Source of the DNA: Candidatus Latescibacterota bacterium
GTDB lineage: Bacteria; Latescibacterota; UBA2968
Assembly: GCA_965222605.1 (NCBI GenBank)
Contig: OZ244960.1
Coordinates: 1,632,001-1,696,000 of the forward strand
Length of the DNA stretch: 64,000 bases
Direction of reading: 5' to 3'
The notes beneath the pieces are model-generated. The model was not told the DNA's origin, did no database searches, and saw only the letters and a program-made list of their open reading frames with translations. This document shows positions 46,074-55,711 of this stretch, one piece after another (position 1 is the first letter of the stretch; every line of letters begins with the position of its first letter). The position numbers were made by a program, and so were the translations under genes.

Positions 46074-48521
46074 CTACGTCACCTTTTTTCCCTCACGCTC
46101 ATTGCCGCCCTCTCCACGTCGCATCCGCCCCCCTTCAAGCACTTCCAAAATAGCGGGCAACACCAGCACGGCAGCCACAAAACAAGTCCACAAACCAATC
46201 AACGCCAATCGCCCAATCGAATTGAGGCCGGGATGTGCCGCCATCATCAACCCAAAAAAGCCCACCATCGTCGTCAGCATGGAAATGAACATCGCCCCAC
46301 CAGTGCTCCTGATCACCACAGGCATAGATCCGGGACCCTCCTCTCGATACCGGTGATAGAGATGTACCCCATTATCAATTCCCATACCAATGATAGTGGG
46401 CAACGCGACCATATTGTAGAAATTGAGCTTCAAATCCTGCAAATACAGCGAACCACACATCCACACAGTACCGCAGGCAAGAGGAAAAATCACCAGCAAA
46501 GCAGAGCGTAAACTGCGAAAATCAGCCAGCACAATGAGCAACACGACAATCACCGTCAGCGAGATCGCACGCGGACTATCGCGCAGCATCAAGCGCAACA
46601 TATCGGCAAAAATAATATTAGAACTCGACGAATAAAACACCTTTCCCGATGCGGTGTGAATCTCGTGTGAATCTTCGGCAAATGCAATGGCATTTTTCCC
46701 ATCGCGCAACTGCACACTCGGTAAAATTTGTGCAAAATACGCCTGACTCCCATCAATAGTCTTAAATTTTCTCAATAAATTTTCGGGCAAATCCTCAACC
46801 GAAAGCCTTTTGACATTCAACAAATCGCGCAGAGAATCGAGCTTTGCCTTTTGCTCTCCCTTGATCAAATTCGCGCCCTCGCCATTGGTCAACGCGCGAA
46901 TTTCCCCAATAATATCCAGCTTCTCATCTTGACCGCGCAGCTCTGTCCAGAGTGTTTTAACTTTGTCAATCGTCGGCGTTGGATCATCTTCCGATATTTT
47001 CTTTTCCAATGCGGCCACAATTTCATCGAGTTCCGCTTTGCTATCCGCCAGCACAATGCCATAAGACTGCGATTCACTGCCGTATTTCGGAATCGTCGCC
47101 ATCTTTTGTTTTACTTTCACCGATGCGGGCAAGTTGGAACGCAAATTGGTAAAATCGTATTCAAAATCTATATCGCGCAAATGAATACCCAGATATATTG
47201 TGAGGATCAACGCACCGGCAAGCACCAACTTTGGATATGGAAAATGTCCCCTGCTACCGCCCCAATTGTGTCCCCACACATGCCGCATGCGAATCCACAT
47301 GAACTTTTGATCCGCCAGCACCAGCACAGCGGGCAATACAGTCGTCATCGATACCAGCGACATCAAAATACCCGTGCCCACAATAAAACCAAACTCGGAA
47401 AACCCCCTGAAATCTGTCAGCGTCAGAAAAAAGAACGCAATTGACGTGGTTATCGCCGCCGTCAAAATAGCCTGTCCAGTCTGACTCAGCATCGTCTCTA
47501 TGGACATCCGTACATCCGTCTTATCCATGCGAACTTCGAGATATCGCGCAAACATGTGAATACCAAAATCGATCCCCAGTCCAAACAAAATCACAAATAG
47601 AAAAGCCGTCATAGTATTCAAATTGCCGATAACCCAATAGGTAATGGCAAACGCCCAGATCAAGCCCATTGCCAGCGGAATAGCCACAAAAAAAGCCGCC
47701 AATGGTTGGCGGAAATAAAACGTCAAAAGCGCGACAATACCCACGACACCAAATATCAACGTCGAACGCACATCGCTTAAAATGGTATCGTATTCGTCAA
47801 TTTTATTCTTAAACGGTCCCCCGTATTCAATCAACATCTGAGGATGATACGCGCGCGGATTCACCTTCTTGACCGCCTGCTGGATCACCTGCTGCATATC
47901 TTTGGCAAAACCGATATTGCTCACCGTACCTGCTGCCATCGCCTCCAATGCCAGAATGGTGCGGTCGGGATTGGTATAATACGTCTCATCCCCATTATCT
48001 GCCGTGCGATACTTCGACTCAATATCCGAAAAATCGAGCACGGCTTCTTCTTCATCAAGAGAAATATACAACGGCGACAGCTTCAACTTTTCCTGGATAA
48101 TATAATCATCTATGCGTGTGAGAATCTCATCCAAATCATCCGTTTCCATAAACAACAGCGCATTTTTGCGATAAAATTCCGCATCTCGCTTGTAATCGAC
48201 AAAGTTGATATAGGTCTCGTATTTTTCATCCTGTAATTCATGTGCCAGATCCTCGGCAAAACGCCTATTTGCCTCAAAATCGGGACTCTGTACCAAAACC
48301 ACCAAACTGCCCACACCACCCACGCGCTGTTTGATCTCATTGAGCGTCTTCACACTCTGATAATTTTCCGGAATCAGAGCAACGAGATCCGTCTCGAGTT
48401 TGCGTCCGAGCCTGTACACAAAAATACTGCAAAAAGCCGTCAACAAAATCGACACCACAAGAATACCTTTGTAGTGCCGATAAGTCCACCCCGCCAAAAA
48501 ACGAAGCACCACTTCAACCAA
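46074..48521 (-). CDS. MMPL/RND-superfamily lipid transporter (HpnN-like)
   Basis: Two 6-TM halves with GLGIDFGIH and GMGIDNGVH motifs. Confidence 0.9.
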   Translation of the reverse strand: MVEVVLRFLAGWTYRHYKGILVVSILLTAFCSIFVYRLGRKLETDLVALIPENYQSVKTLNEIKQRVGGVGSLVVLVQSPDFEANRRFAEDLAHELQDEKYETYINFVDYKRDAEFYRKNALLFMETDDLDEILTRIDDYIIQEKLKLSPLYISLDEEEAVLDFSDIESKYRTADNGDETYYTNPDRTILALEAMAAGTVSNIGFAKDMQQVIQQAVKKVNPRAYHPQMLIEYGGPFKNKIDEYDTILSDVRSTLIFGVVGIVALLTFYFRQPLAAFFVAIPLAMGLIWAFAITYWVIGNLNTMTAFLFVILFGLGIDFGIHMFARYLEVRMDKTDVRMSIETMLSQTGQAILTAAITTSIAFFFLTLTDFRGFSEFGFIVGTGILMSLVSMTTVLPAVLVLADQKFMWIRMRHVWGHNWGGSRGHFPYPKLVLAGALILTIYLGIHLRDIDFEYDFTNLRSNLPASVKVKQKMATIPKYGSESQSYGIVLADSKAELDEIVAALEKKISEDDPTPTIDKVKTLWTELRGQDEKLDIIGEIRALTNGEGANLIKGEQKAKLDSLRDLLNVKRLSVEDLPENLLRKFKTIDGSQAYFAQILPSVQLRDGKNAIAFAEDSHEIHTASGKVFYSSSSNIIFADMLRLMLRDSPRAISLTVIVVLLIVLADFRSLRSALLVIFPLACGTVWMCGSLYLQDLKLNFYNMVALPTIIGMGIDNGVHLYHRYREEGPGSMPVVIRSTGGAMFISMLTTMVGFFGLMMAAHPGLNSIGRLALIGLWTCFVAAVLVLPAILEVLEGGRMRRGEGGNEREGKKVT

Positions 48522-48535
48522 TGAATGCCACCTTT

Positions 48536-49132
48536 CTAATCCGACGTATCTTCACCCAGTTTTTCTTTTAACTTATCCATCAAGCCAGCAAAAGAAGACT
48601 TGCGAATCTCCCGGCGAAACTGCGACCGGTTGCTGCGCGCAACACTCAACTCATCGATGACCATATCGTAAATCAACCACTTGCCATCAACGAGATGCAA
48701 TTTATAGTCAATCGTACTCGACTCGCGCCTGTAATACACCACTGTTTTGACAATCGCCTGTGTGCTATCAACCTCGACACCCGTATAGTCGATCTTTTCT
48801 GCTTTCGTATATAACGCGGGATCGGCGTAATTTCTCTCGATCAACTGCCTGTTCACAGCCACAAAATCGGCTCGCTCTTCTTCTGTTCGCGCCGTCCAAT
48901 CTCGTCCGAGGGACTCCCGGCTAAATGTTTCAAAATCGAACAACTCACCGACAATAGCTTTAAGCGCAGCGCGCTCTTCAGCCGTACCGCCCCCGGTTTC
49001 TGAACGCACAATATCCTGAATCGCCCGATCGCGGCTCTTCACCATCTCGAGCAGCGCATCGCCCTGATCAGACGCACCCGCCACACCCATCAAAACGAGC
49101 GTCAGAAACGCAGGTCTAAACAATGAAATCAT
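48536..49132 (-). CDS. MlaC/Ttg2D (HpnM-like) periplasmic lipid-binding protein
   Basis: Signal peptide; FDFE..SR..LG..W and W.IYD..I...S.....RSQF. Confidence 0.88.
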   Translation of the reverse strand: MISLFRPAFLTLVLMGVAGASDQGDALLEMVKSRDRAIQDIVRSETGGGTAEERAALKAIVGELFDFETFSRESLGRDWTARTEEERADFVAVNRQLIERNYADPALYTKAEKIDYTGVEVDSTQAIVKTVVYYRRESSTIDYKLHLVDGKWLIYDMVIDELSVARSNRSQFRREIRKSSFAGLMDKLKEKLGEDTSD

Positions 49133-49330
49133 AATATATCGCCTATTAATATCAACAACTTGTTTGCAGACGGAATCTCCGTCGATTTTAATATCTTTCC
49201 CTCCCAAAGTCAAGGCAGCGGCAATTTGTCTTTGAGAAAGAGAGCTTAAGTATTAACAAAAATAAAGAACGCCTATTTTGCAACAAAATTCTCTAATGAT
49301 CTTTAAAAAAATACAGCGAAAGATTTTATC

Positions 49331-49394
49331 GGGATAATGGCGTACAAACAAACTTCTGTTGAAGTTGTACACCGCTCCAACAGAAGTTTATCCC
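49331..49394 (-). terminator. Terminator-like hairpin with an alternative pairing
   Basis: 12-bp perfect inverted repeat AAACTTCTGTTG/CAACAGAAGTTT with a U-rich tail on the minus strand, about 20 nt after the 49414 stop. Confidence 0.65.
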
Positions 49395-49413
49395 AATTCA
49401 GACAGGGTTTGCA

Positions 49414-50868
49414 TCAATCAGCTTTCTCTCCCAACTTCCCCTCATCCACATTCAAAGCACCGCGCGCGCGAAGCATCTGCCCGCCAAAGCCAAAAATACC
49501 CGCCGTCAACAGCGCGGAACCAATCACGAGAAACCAGTACATACCCTCAATACTATTGGCGACAGATAGTGTGCAAAAGAAAGCGGCAAAAAAATCGCGG
49601 CGACTCACAAATTTGAGCGACATACAAAAACGGTGAAAAAACCCGCGTTCACTCTCGGGAACATCGCTCGAAAACGCCATATTAAAACTCACAATACTGC
49701 CGGACCCCACCACTTTCATATAAAGAAAAATCAGCAACACCCCCAACACATCGAGAAAAACCATCACACCGCCCAGCAGGGGATAAAATGCCTCGCCCGT
49801 ATATTCGTACATCCCGGCGAGCACCGCGATAAAAAACACGAGATAAGATACATTATCCGCCAGCGTATCGACCCACTCGCCCAGGCGAGAACCCATAAAT
49901 TTTAATTTGGCAATCTCGCCATCGCACCCATCTACGATAGACGCAAACTGAAATAACAGCCCACCCAGTGCCAGATGCAAATAACTCGCACTCCCCTTAA
50001 AAACCAGCCACGCCGACAAAAAACTCAACAACATCGTCGCAATCGACAACTGATTTGGCGTAATAGGTGTATGCACGAGCAGGCGAGAAATGCGCGTGGA
50101 AATTTTGCGATTGAAATAACGCGACACAAAGCCATCGGTCGGCTTGCCAAGCCTGCGAAACATCTCCTGCTCGGCGTGGACATGCGCCTCGGGCGTATCC
50201 ACATCGAGCCAAAACGCGCCATCGATATCCGCAGTCCGCATACTGCCTTTCTCAGCCAAAACGCGAATTCCCCCCGACAATGACCCCTCGCCCTCTGCAA
50301 CAGACTGCTCAAGCGCGCCAAACAAAAACGGACTGCACAGAAAAATCCCCGTATCCACCGCATTGAAATCGGCCAACTCTTTTCCAATTTTGACCACGCG
50401 ATGATTCTGTGTCATCACCTTCGTGGCATCTTCCATATCAAAAATGCCATCGATATCTGTATCGACACACAGCACAGCTTCATCCCGTCCAACCGGCATA
50501 CGACGCAACTTGACCAGTATTTCGGGATCAAACAGATGATCGGACATCAAAAGAATAAACGGCTCATCGACATATTCCCTGGCACTCAATACCGACACCC
50601 CATTGCCGCGCGCCCATTCCTTATTTTGAACCCAATCAATTGCCACACCCGAAAGCTGAGGATCATCGGCAAGCGCGTGCATAATCTCGTGGCACCGATA
50701 CCCAACCACAACCACAAACTCTGAAATACCCGCGCGCATAGCCGACAAAATCGTGCGCTTGAGCAATGGCACGCCGGCCAGGGGAACGAGAGGCTTGGGC
50801 AAATCCGCCCCATAACCTCTCAACCGACTACCCATTCCGGCGGCAATAATTACAGCTTTATTCACCAT
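49414..50868 (-). CDS. Bifunctional NTP-transferase / CDP-alcohol phosphotransferase (IPCT/DIPPS-like)
   Basis: AAGMGSRL..PKPL, NGVS, MSDH, DTGIF, WLDVDTPE; DG.VSRYFNR, ITPNQLS, DGCDGEIA......S..G..VD...D. Confidence 0.9.
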   Translation of the reverse strand: MVNKAVIIAAGMGSRLRGYGADLPKPLVPLAGVPLLKRTILSAMRAGISEFVVVVGYRCHEIMHALADDPQLSGVAIDWVQNKEWARGNGVSVLSAREYVDEPFILLMSDHLFDPEILVKLRRMPVGRDEAVLCVDTDIDGIFDMEDATKVMTQNHRVVKIGKELADFNAVDTGIFLCSPFLFGALEQSVAEGEGSLSGGIRVLAEKGSMRTADIDGAFWLDVDTPEAHVHAEQEMFRRLGKPTDGFVSRYFNRKISTRISRLLVHTPITPNQLSIATMLLSFLSAWLVFKGSASYLHLALGGLLFQFASIVDGCDGEIAKLKFMGSRLGEWVDTLADNVSYLVFFIAVLAGMYEYTGEAFYPLLGGVMVFLDVLGVLLIFLYMKVVGSGSIVSFNMAFSSDVPESERGFFHRFCMSLKFVSRRDFFAAFFCTLSVANSIEGMYWFLVIGSALLTAGIFGFGGQMLRARGALNVDEGKLGEKAD

Positions 50869-50902
50869 AACTCCTGCAACCTTTCGCAATATCCCGAGCG
50901 AA

Positions 50903-52258
50903 TTACAAAAGACTGCGCCCAACAGCCCGTTGTAATCTTACCCAGGATCGGTTAAAATTGAACACTGCTTCGTAATATTTGGCGCGAATAATGCCGTACT
51001 CTTTTGCGGCATCAATCATATCCGAAGCCTCTTCAAGCCCGGCATTAAACCCATCGCGAACCGATACAAACCACCGGCGGGTCGCCCGCCGCGCCTTGCT
51101 GGCAGCCGCCATATTCTTCTGTGCCTCGATCAACTCGCGGTAAATCTTCTCAATTTCAATTGCCACGCCCTTCTCAGCCAGTTGCTTCTGATACACCAAC
51201 TTCTGATATTCCAAACTCGCTTTCCGCGCCTTCGCCGACGCAAGCCCAAACGACAGCGACTGCCGAATACCTATCACCGCCCCTGCCTGCAAAATATTGA
51301 AATCATCTCTGGCGAAAGGACTTAGTTGATCGTCGCGGTTCGGTGCATAGCCATACTTAAATTGACCCGCAATAAATATCTGGGGATACTGCTCGCCTTT
51401 TGCCACCTGCACCAGGGATTCACGCACCTGCACAACAGCCTGCAACTGCTGCATATCCTCGCGCGCTCCCGCACGTTTGAGATAAAACTCAAGCGGCTCA
51501 ATCTCCACATCAACCGGCGTTAAAGGACCAGCAAGAGTCAGCGAATCCCCTTCGCTCAATCCCAAAAGCAGGCGCAGGGCAGACTCGGCAAGAGCTTTGG
51601 TTTTCGATACCTCGTGTAATTTTTCGCTCACATCAAAGGCAAACCGATCAATACGGCCCAGATCGGCATACGTAAAATCGCCTTCCTCTGCCTCCAGTTT
51701 CTCCGTCACAAAATCGCGCGCCGTTTGAAAATCACTTTGCGCCTCTAATGCCAGCGTCCACAAATCCTGCGTCAGTTGCAACCCAAAATACACCTCGGCA
51801 ACCTGAAGCTCCAGATCGCCCCGCGCCTTTCGCAGTCCCGCCTGCCGAGCCGTCACCCCTGCCATAGCTGCTGCTTTGGCCCCGGATAACTGACCAAATG
51901 TGAACAGAGGTTGTACAACCGTGGCCTCCGTACGCGTAAACACACTCAAATGACTCAGCATGGTATTGCCATCGAGCGCGTCACCGCGCGCTTCGGGCGA
52001 GGGACCAATAACAGACCGCAATTCAAACTGCGGCAAAAAGCGAACGGCATTGGCCTGATCTAATTGCGCCCGTGCAATATCGACATCAACCACTGCTGCA
52101 CGCACGCCGGGATGCACGCGCATAGCCCGTGCAATACTCGCAGACAAATCATAAGTTTCGGCGTGTACAGAATGCACACAGATAAAAATCCCCAACCCGG
52201 ACACACACAGCTTTAGCATGTGTGAAAAAACAACACACCTGTGGCATTTTAACAACAT
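50903..52258 (-). CDS. TolC-family outer-membrane protein
   Basis: Signal peptide, QPLFTFG, coiled-coil OEP repeats; RBS AGGAG before 52258. Confidence 0.85.
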   Translation of the reverse strand: MLLKCHRCVVFSHMLKLCVSGLGIFICVHSVHAETYDLSASIARAMRVHPGVRAAVVDVDIARAQLDQANAVRFLPQFELRSVIGPSPEARGDALDGNTMLSHLSVFTRTEATVVQPLFTFGQLSGAKAAAMAGVTARQAGLRKARGDLELQVAEVYFGLQLTQDLWTLALEAQSDFQTARDFVTEKLEAEEGDFTYADLGRIDRFAFDVSEKLHEVSKTKALAESALRLLLGLSEGDSLTLAGPLTPVDVEIEPLEFYLKRAGAREDMQQLQAVVQVRESLVQVAKGEQYPQIFIAGQFKYGYAPNRDDQLSPFARDDFNILQAGAVIGIRQSLSFGLASAKARKASLEYQKLVYQKQLAEKGVAIEIEKIYRELIEAQKNMAAASKARRATRRWFVSVRDGFNAGLEEASDMIDAAKEYGIIRAKYYEAVFNFNRSWVRLQRAVGRSLL

Positions 52259-52394
52259 ATCTCTCCTGAACTCCGGCGAAAATTCAGATCTATAAAAATA
52301 TATACCTATATAAAACAAATATTTAGAAATAACATTCAACAGACACATAATATCTTCCCCTATATAAGCGAAATTCGTGCCAACGTAAAAATCT

Positions 52395-52420
52395 AAAAAA
52401 AACCGGACAAAAGCCCGGTT
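52395..52420 (-). terminator. Intrinsic terminator
   Basis: Minus strand AACCGGG-CTTTTG-TCCGGTT followed by a T run. Confidence 0.65.
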
Positions 52421-52509
52421 AGCTACCATCAACCTTTAGAGTTCAGCTATACTAACGTTTTGCTCCGCGAGTAGTTCCCTTCCATCCGCTCCAGGGCAAA
52501 ACAAAATAT

Positions 52510-53457
52510 TCACCGCCGCACCGCCATCAAAACAAATCCAAAAAACACCCAAAAAATTTTCCGAATGCGCCGAATCAATGCAACGCCCAATCCCAATTCG
52601 GGTGTCAACCCCAACAATTGAAAAAGAAACACATGCCCGCTCTCAAAAACACCGACACCAGATGGAATAAAGAAAAACGCCGTATTGATAATCAACGCCA
52701 AAGACACAAACAAAAATGCGGTCAAAAAGGGTTGTGGCTGCCCCAACAAGTTGAGAATCGCATACACTTCAAAAGTTCCCAAAACCCAACTCAGCATGTG
52801 CAACGCCATACACAGCCAGAACCCCAGGCGATTCTGCTGGTAAAATGCCGCAATCGTCCGATCAACTTCTTCAAATTTTTCACGCCTCGACTCCAAAAAA
52901 GAGAGACGCAACTTTTTTAAAATATCCAGCATCCATACAGACGCCCGTTGGCGCTGAGACACATAAGCCGCCACAATCCCCACCGTACCCAACACCAGGG
53001 CAACCCCCAATCCAATCTGCACTTCTACTGGAAGTGAAAACATACCCACAGCCAACCCCGTGCCAACCAGCGCGAAAACCAGGCCGCTCACCATTTCAAC
53101 CGTCTTATTGATCACCAGAGAGGGTACGCCCTGCGTCACAGAAACCCGATCGCGCAACATATACGCTTTGGCCAACTCACCGCCCACATGGGAAGCCGGT
53201 GTGACATTGCCAACAGCTTCTCCCGACAACTTTGTGCAAAAAAGTGACCAAAAATGAGGCCGATCGCCATCAAAACACATCGCCCAGGCCCACGTATTGC
53301 TCACATGCCAGCCCAATGCAATGAGCAAAACAGGTACATAGCCCCAACCCATCTGTCGCACTTGCGACCATGCGGCCATAATCCCAACCTCGTAAATTAA
53401 CACCGCCAGCAGTGTTAACCCAATTCCCCAGAACATCACTCTGCGCGCAGTTCTCAT
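52510..53457 (-). CDS. Lysylphosphatidylglycerol synthase TM-domain (flippase-like, HpnL-like) protein
   Basis: GEA...VTP...GGE.AK, FF.P.G.GV.E.G....F, RR.R motifs. Confidence 0.85.
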   Translation of the reverse strand: MRTARRVMFWGIGLTLLAVLIYEVGIMAAWSQVRQMGWGYVPVLLIALGWHVSNTWAWAMCFDGDRPHFWSLFCTKLSGEAVGNVTPASHVGGELAKAYMLRDRVSVTQGVPSLVINKTVEMVSGLVFALVGTGLAVGMFSLPVEVQIGLGVALVLGTVGIVAAYVSQRQRASVWMLDILKKLRLSFLESRREKFEEVDRTIAAFYQQNRLGFWLCMALHMLSWVLGTFEVYAILNLLGQPQPFLTAFLFVSLALIINTAFFFIPSGVGVFESGHVFLFQLLGLTPELGLGVALIRRIRKIFWVFFGFVLMAVRR

Positions 53458-53471
53458 TCACTATCTATCCC

Positions 53472-53503
53472 AAAAGAAACGGCGACCAAAATGCGCCGCC
53501 GTT
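53472..53503 (-). terminator. Intrinsic terminator after the TPR-PPIase gene
   Basis: Minus strand AACGGCG...CGCCGTT-TCTTTT. Confidence 0.55.
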
Positions 53504-53530
53504 CGTCAAAAAATATCTTCTAAAACACCG

Positions 53531-55039
53531 TCAATTAATCCGCATAATCACGTGATAGCCCAGAGGGGTTTTGATAATCCCGCTGACTTCATTGGGTTTG
53601 AGCTTCATCACTGCGGCTTCAAAATCTGGGTGCAAATCGCCCTTAGAAAAAAATCCCGTGCTTCCGCCATTTTCTTTTGAAGGATCAACAGAATAACTCC
53701 TCGCCAAAGCGGCAAAATCTTCTCCGGATTTGAGCTTGTTCAAAATTTCCTGAGCCTCAATTTCCGTCTTCACCAGAATATGCCGCACCCGCATCTTGCC
53801 CGCCTGAATCGACTTAATAATATCCAGATTGCCCTGTGCATCGCGCAGCGTATTGGCATCCTTGCTCTCTGCCATTGCCGTTTCATACGCTCTTCGCGCC
53901 TTGTCAAAATCTCCCCGAGACGAATAAATAAACCCCAAATTGTTGTGAACCTCGGCATCTTTGGGATCAATCGCCAATGCCTTCTCGTAAATCACACCCG
54001 CAGAATCGACCTTCTCTTCGCCCAAATACAGCAATGCCAACCGTTTATAGGGCGCAATCCACCTGGGCGCGCGCGAGATACAGGTCAACAGTTCGGCCTT
54101 GCCCTGTGCAATATCGCCCCTGGCCACATACACTTCCGCCAGCCGAAATCGCACCAAATTGCCATCGGGCGCGCGCTCCAAAATGCCCAGCATCTCGCCA
54201 ATACTGGCGTCAAATTTACCTCTGGCCGCGTACAACTGGGCAAGTGCATCGCGCACCTCGAGATCATCGGGAGCGAGATCGCGCACCTTTTCCCATGCTG
54301 TCTGTGCCATATCCAAAGAATCCACTTCTGCACCCATAAAACCGAGCGCGCGATATACCGACGGATCTTCTGGCGCAGCAGCAACAGCTTGTCGATATGC
54401 CGCAAAAGCCTTCTGCGTCATCCCCAGCGCGTGAAAAACCCCACCTCGATTGACCATCAACATCACATTGCCCGGATTGGCAGCAAGACCGCGATCCATG
54501 GCGGCGATTGCATTGAGTGTATCTCCAACCGCAATGTGGGTCAGCGCCAGAGATTGATACACCTCAATAAAATCGGGACGGCGTTTGAGTGCCGCTTCAA
54601 AATCGGCAATAGCTTCTTTGGGCTTGCCCAGATCGCCATTGAGAGATGCGCGCTCTGCCAGAAGCAAAGCGGGTTCATCGCTTTGTCCAATACCCCGATT
54701 CAGCGCAGAAAGAGCCTGAGAAAATTTGCCTTGCCGGGCGAACACCAGCGCCAGATCGCGATATCCTCGAACAGAACTCGGTTTTATCTCCACGACCTTT
54801 TGAAAAGCGGCTGCAGCAGCGTCCATCTGTCCGGCCTCTGCGTAAAGCGTACCCAAAAAACCGTGCGCTGCCATACTATCGGCATGTGCCTCGACAAAAG
54901 CGCGCGCCACCTCGAGAGCGTCGTCAATTTTGCCGTCGCTATAATGCGCCTCAATCTCTTTCAAAAAGTCCCGCGCATCCACAACCGGGGCCTGAAAAAA
55001 TATCATACCCCATACAAAACACAGCATCCTCCGTTTCAA
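53531..55039 (-). CDS. Exported TPR-repeat protein with a C-terminal parvulin (PpiC) PPIase domain
   Basis: About 11-12 TPR-like repeats; VRHILVK, DFA.LAR.YS.D, GG..GFF, TPLGYHVI. TTG start with GGAGG RBS. Confidence 0.9.
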   Translation of the reverse strand: MKRRMLCFVWGMIFFQAPVVDARDFLKEIEAHYSDGKIDDALEVARAFVEAHADSMAAHGFLGTLYAEAGQMDAAAAAFQKVVEIKPSSVRGYRDLALVFARQGKFSQALSALNRGIGQSDEPALLLAERASLNGDLGKPKEAIADFEAALKRRPDFIEVYQSLALTHIAVGDTLNAIAAMDRGLAANPGNVMLMVNRGGVFHALGMTQKAFAAYRQAVAAAPEDPSVYRALGFMGAEVDSLDMAQTAWEKVRDLAPDDLEVRDALAQLYAARGKFDASIGEMLGILERAPDGNLVRFRLAEVYVARGDIAQGKAELLTCISRAPRWIAPYKRLALLYLGEEKVDSAGVIYEKALAIDPKDAEVHNNLGFIYSSRGDFDKARRAYETAMAESKDANTLRDAQGNLDIIKSIQAGKMRVRHILVKTEIEAQEILNKLKSGEDFAALARSYSVDPSKENGGSTGFFSKGDLHPDFEAAVMKLKPNEVSGIIKTPLGYHVIMRIN

Positions 55040-55089
55040 AATTTGACCTCCATCCTTGACAACATCAATACAACACAATATACTCACTT

Positions 55090-55129
55090 TTTGTATCTTT
55101 GCATCTTTGTGTCTTCATGTCTTTGTGTG
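55090..55129. repeat. Degenerate 8-mer tandem repeat (5 units)
   Basis: TTTGTATC TTTGCATC TTTGTGTC TTCATGTC TTTGTGTG. Confidence 0.65.
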
Positions 55130-55150
55130 AGACCCTCTCACTTTTCACCT

Positions 55151-55711
55151 ATGAAAAATATCAAACAAAACGCCGTTCCACTCATAGCCTTTCTAATCGC
55201 GGGAAGCACAGCGATACTCGCTTACGACCACTTGCCCTACGTGATTCCCTTTGTGGTCTTTAAGTATCCCATCGCCATTGTCGTACTCTACGCATTTTTT
55301 CACCTCATCGCTTATGCAGAGCGTCGCCGCAGTGCCCAACTCGACGAAGTGGGCTTGCTTCGGCCCTTGCGCGATGGCGCATTCCTCGTATGCCTGCACG
55401 CACACCTGCGCGACCTCGGTATAGACCTGAGCCTTTTATCGTCGGCATCCAGCATACACCTCGCCCTGTTATCATGGGCAGTCGCCCTCATCGGATATTA
55501 TGCCATTGAGCAACCCGGCGGACTACCCGGTCGCTTAATCAATATCCTGTCCTCTTCTGCTACGCGCATCACAGTCTGCCGCGGACTCATCATCTCGGGA
55601 CTTCTGGGCGTGATCGGCACATTCGCGGCAATCGCGCAGCCTCTCTGGCTTGGCCTACCCCTGCTTCTGGTATTCATTCGCGCCTATCAGCGGTCCGGAG
55701 ACGGATCGTGA
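55151..55711 (+). CDS. Hypothetical membrane protein
   Basis: Hydrophobic last 186 aa of the long 53780 ORF; GTGA-coupled to the EamA gene. Confidence 0.7.
   Translation: MKNIKQNAVPLIAFLIAGSTAILAYDHLPYVIPFVVFKYPIAIVVLYAFFHLIAYAERRRSAQLDEVGLLRPLRDGAFLVCLHAHLRDLGIDLSLLSSASSIHLALLSWAVALIGYYAIEQPGGLPGRLINILSSSATRITVCRGLIISGLLGVIGTFAAIAQPLWLGLPLLLVFIRAYQRSGDGS

Noticed and set aside
53780-55150. N-terminal part of the 643-aa + strand ORF
   Set aside because: Antisense shadow of the TPR-PPIase gene; only 55151-55711 looks like a real protein.
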